A stretch of DNA of 64,000 bases from Eledone cirrhosa. Taxonomy: Eukaryota. The notes below the pieces were generated by a model, which saw nothing but the letters and a program-made list of their open reading frames with translations, had not been told where the DNA came from and searched no databases. A program made the position numbers and the translations under genes. Below, piece after piece: positions 58,492-64,000 of the stretch. The stretch's first letter is position 1. Each line of letters begins with the position of its first letter. The DNA is taken from NCBI GenBank assembly GCA_964016885.1, contig OZ024741.1, positions 284,084,001 to 284,148,000 of the forward strand. Reading direction: 5' to 3'.

Positions 58492-59734
58492 CAGGAGAAC
58501 ATGATATGAAGGCTAAAAAAACACTTGTTGATAGTGCAGTTTTAAATCAACATATGAAAAGTGGTTTTAGATTGATGTGTGATATTGGGAAAAATATTTT
58601 ATTTAGAGAGGGGGGGAGAGAAAAGGATGAAAAGGGAAGGAGATGAGAGGGAGAGATGGGTGATAGAGAGAAAGAGATAGTTTTTATAACAGAGAGGAGA
58701 TATATTTTATATAGAGGGGTTGAAAGCCGTTGGAAGATACTGTATAAATTAAAAATTTTTGAAAATTAACGAAGGGAGGATATGTGCGAGGAAAAAATAT
58801 ATTATATTTAGGGAGGGGTGGGGGTGGAAAGGATGAAAAAAAGGGGAGGAGATGAGAGTGAAGGTGGAAAGGGAGAGATGGGTGATAGAGAGAAAGAGAT
58901 AGTTTTTATAACTGAGAAAAAGATATAATGTTTTAATATAGAGAGGTTGGGAACCGTTGGAAGATAATGTGTAAATTAAAGGAATTTGAAAATTAACGAA
59001 GGGAAATTATGTATGGAGATAGAGAGAAAAAAATAACGAAGGGAGATTATGTATGGAGATAGAGAGAAAAAAAAAATAAATAATAATTGTGGGTGAATAT
59101 TCAAAAGGAGAAATGTAGGAATCTTAAAATTAGCAAAGAGAAAATGTTTATGTATAGGATTTGAGAAAAATAATGTGAAGTTAAAGTTTTTATATTGAAT
59201 TCATATGTATTAATAATGAGTTCGTTGATGGGGAGAAAAAAATAATAATAAATTAAGGATGAAATTGAGATTAAAAAGATTTATGATAGAGAGAAAAAAT
59301 AATAATGATTGCGGATGAATACTCAAAATGTCAAAAACAAATGTTATTGTTTTACGAAGAGATATAATGAGGGTGATGAGTAAACGGGTATTATAGAGTG
59401 TATAATGCCCTTTAAAGTAAGGTAGATGGGTATATTTTAAAGAATATATGAGTATATATTAAACAAATATATATAATAATAAATTAAGGATGAAATTGAG
59501 ATTAAAAAGATTTATGATAGAGGGAAAAAAAAAAATAATAATGATTGCGGATGAATATTCAAAATGTCAAAAACAAATGTTATTGTTTTACGAGAAGATA
59601 GGATGAGGTAAATGAATAAACGAGTACTATAGAGTGTATAATGCCCTTTAAAGTAAGGTAGATGGGTATATTTTAAAGAGGTGTATGTATATGTGCCTTT
59701 GAGAAAAGATTCTAAATTGATAAAGAATTGAATA

Positions 59735-60195
59735 TTAACTGTATACTTTGTGAAAAGTTCTATGGAATTTATGGAGGCAGATGGAAAACAAATCCGAGCG
59801 TCTATTTATTATGGATTCTAGGTTAGAGATAATGGTAAATTTTTCATTTAGGCAGAGATTACAGATTTTAGATAGAGAACTGTTCAAGTACGAGGATGCA
59901 GAAGAAATCTTTTTCCAAAAGATGTTATATTTAATGTTTTTGTCTTTTAAGGACCATATGAGTTCTGAGAGAGCAGTGTTAGTTCTTTTAAGTTTGTATT
60001 TGAAAGATGAATGATGATTATAGAGACGAGCTTTAAAAGAGGTGGAAGTGGAGCCAAAATAGGTGAAGGAGTTGGTGCTAGTTATAATTTTACATTCATA
60101 AATTAAGTTTTTATCGAGGCAATGGTTGTTGAGAGGACATTTATTTTTAATGCGGCAGTTGCAATTAGAGAGATTATTAATGAGTGATCTAGTGT
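59735..60195 (-). pseudogene. PLE-6 GIY-YIG endonuclease fragment
   Basis: ORF 59735-60208; the plus-strand mirror at 60200-60515 is shorter. Confidence 0.85.
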
Positions 60196-61758
60196 TATCC
60201 ACTTCCACCTCTTTTAAAGCTCGTCTCTATAATCATCATTCATCTTTCAAATACAAACTTAAAAGAACTAACACTGCTCTCTCAGAACTCATATGGTCCT
60301 TAAAAGACAAAAACATTAAATATAACATCTTTTGGAAAAAGATTTCTTCTGCATCCTCGTACTTGAACAGTTCTCTATCTAAAATCTGTAATCTCTGCCT
60401 AAATGAAAAATTTACCATTATCTCTAACCTAGAATCCATAATAAATAGACGCTCGGATTTGTTTTCCATCTGCCTCCATAAATTCCATAGAACTTTTCAC
60501 AAAGTATACAGTTAATATTCAATTCTTTATCAATTTAGAATCTTTTCTCAAAGGCACATATACATACACCTCTTTAAAATATACCCATCTACCTTACTTT
60601 AAAGGGCATTATACACTCTATAGTACTCGTTTATTCATTTACCTCATCCTATCTTCTTGTAAAACAATAACATTTGTTTTTGACATTTTGAATATTCATC
60701 CGCAATCATTATTATTTTTTTTTTTTTTTTTTTCCCTCTATCATAAATCTTTTTAATCTCAATTTCATCCTTAATTTATTATTATATATATTTGTTTAAT
60801 ATATACTCATATATTCTTTAAAATATACCCATCTACCTTACTTTAAAGGGCATTATACACTCTATAATACCCGTTTACTCATCACCCTCATTATATCTCT
60901 TCGTAAAACAATAACATTTGTTTTTGACATTTTGAGTATTCATCCGCAATCATTATTATTTTTTCTCTCTATCATAAATCTTTTTAATCTCAATTTCATC
61001 CTTAATTTATTATTATTTTTTTCTCCCCATCAACGAACTCATTATTAATACATATGAATTCAATATAAAAACTTTAACTTCACATTATTTTTCTCAAATC
61101 CTATACATAAACATTTTCTCTTTGCTAATTTTAAGATTCCTACATTTCTCCTTTTGAATATTCACCCACAATTATTATTTATTTTTTTTTTTTCTCTCTA
61201 TCTCCATACATAATCTCCCTTCGTTATTTTTTTCTCTCTATCTCCATACATAATTTCCCTTCGTTAATTTTCAAATTCCTTTAATTTACACATTATCTTC
61301 CAACGGTTCCCAACCTCTCTATATTAAAACATTATATCTTTTTCTCAGTTATAAAAACTATCTCTTTCTCTCTATCACCCATCTCTCCCTTTCCACCTTC
61401 ACTCTCATCTCCTCCCCTTTTTTTCATCCTTTCCACCCCCACCCCTCCCTAAATATAATATATTTTTTCCTTGCACATATCCTCCCTTCGTTAATTTTCA
61501 AAAATTTTTAATTTATACAGTATCTTCCAACGGCTTTCAACCCCTCTATATAAAATATATCTCCTCTCTGTTATAAAAACTATCTCTTTCTCTCTATCAC
61601 CCATCTCTCCCTCTCATCTCCTTCCCTTTTCATCCTTTTCTCTCTAAATAAAATATTTTTCCCAATATCACACATCAATCTAAAACCACTTTTCATATGT
61701 TGATTTAAAACTGCACTATCAACAAGTGTTTTTTTAGCCTTCATATCATGTTCTCCTG

Positions 61759-61825
61759 TTTTATCTGATGAAAACACAAATATTATTGTTTGATGATGTT
61801 TGTTTTTGAAATGCGCATAATAAAA
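61759..61825 (+). ncRNA. Hammerhead ribozyme motif (PLE-6 right arm)
   Basis: TTTTAT-CTGATGA-[AU-rich stem II]-GAAA-TGCGCA-TA^-ATAAAA; 6-bp stem I, palindromic stem III. Confidence 0.7.
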
Positions 61826-61950
61826 TATATTGAACTCCTTTAACCATCTTTTGATCTTATATTATGCATACTCCAGTCCCACAAACTGTAGAGTGCTTTT
61901 TATCCGATATCTGCATTGCTTTATTGTACTACAATAAAACTCACCTCCTA

Positions 61951-64000
<2,050 letters not shown>

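Larger units (their letters stand above)
58387..61950. mobile_element. Penelope-like element PLE-6 (Hydra-clade-like) fold-back with ~1.66-kb arms
   Basis: ~58387-60050 is the reverse complement of ~60200-61864; GIY-YIG remnant CNCRIKNKCPLNNHCL..LIY...YFGST...CNLCLNEK...CLH; tail 61866-61950; internal tandem repeats in the 3' UTR. Confidence 0.9.

Noticed and set aside
58387-61864. Fold-backs as DNA transposons with TIRs, or as read artefacts
   Set aside because: The arms encode PLE endonuclease 3' ends and hammerheads, differ by a few substitutions or indels, and are consistently asymmetric. An artefact is unlikely but cannot be excluded without reads.

Overview
Eukaryotic, gene-free DNA, most likely octopus/cephalopod judging from the tRNA-SINE sequences recognised at 0.1-2.3 kb (from memory, not a database match). 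After ~2.9 kb of ordinary AT-rich DNA, the remaining ~61 kb is one nested retroelement cluster in which essentially every insert sits in a (TA)n/CATATG-TATG microsatellite. It holds three RTE-clade LINE families (called A, B, C here) whose APE-RT ORF has a C4HC3 PHD-type finger inserted in the RT C-terminal region; two A copies have intact ORFs. It also holds a 5'-truncated CR1, at least six Penelope-like (PLE) families or fragments, a bipartite non-autonomous RTE derivative, and a tRNA-SINE with a chimeric C+B LINE tail. The most notable signals are (i) minimal type I hammerhead ribozyme motifs in six PLE-type families, one with a compensatory U3-A8 core, and (ii) six fold-back inserts with the same asymmetric design, the inverted arm ending at an internal TA-rich motif ~50-85 nt before the 3' end, which suggests microsatellite-assisted twin priming. 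Coordinates were read by eye and are approximate to a few bases.
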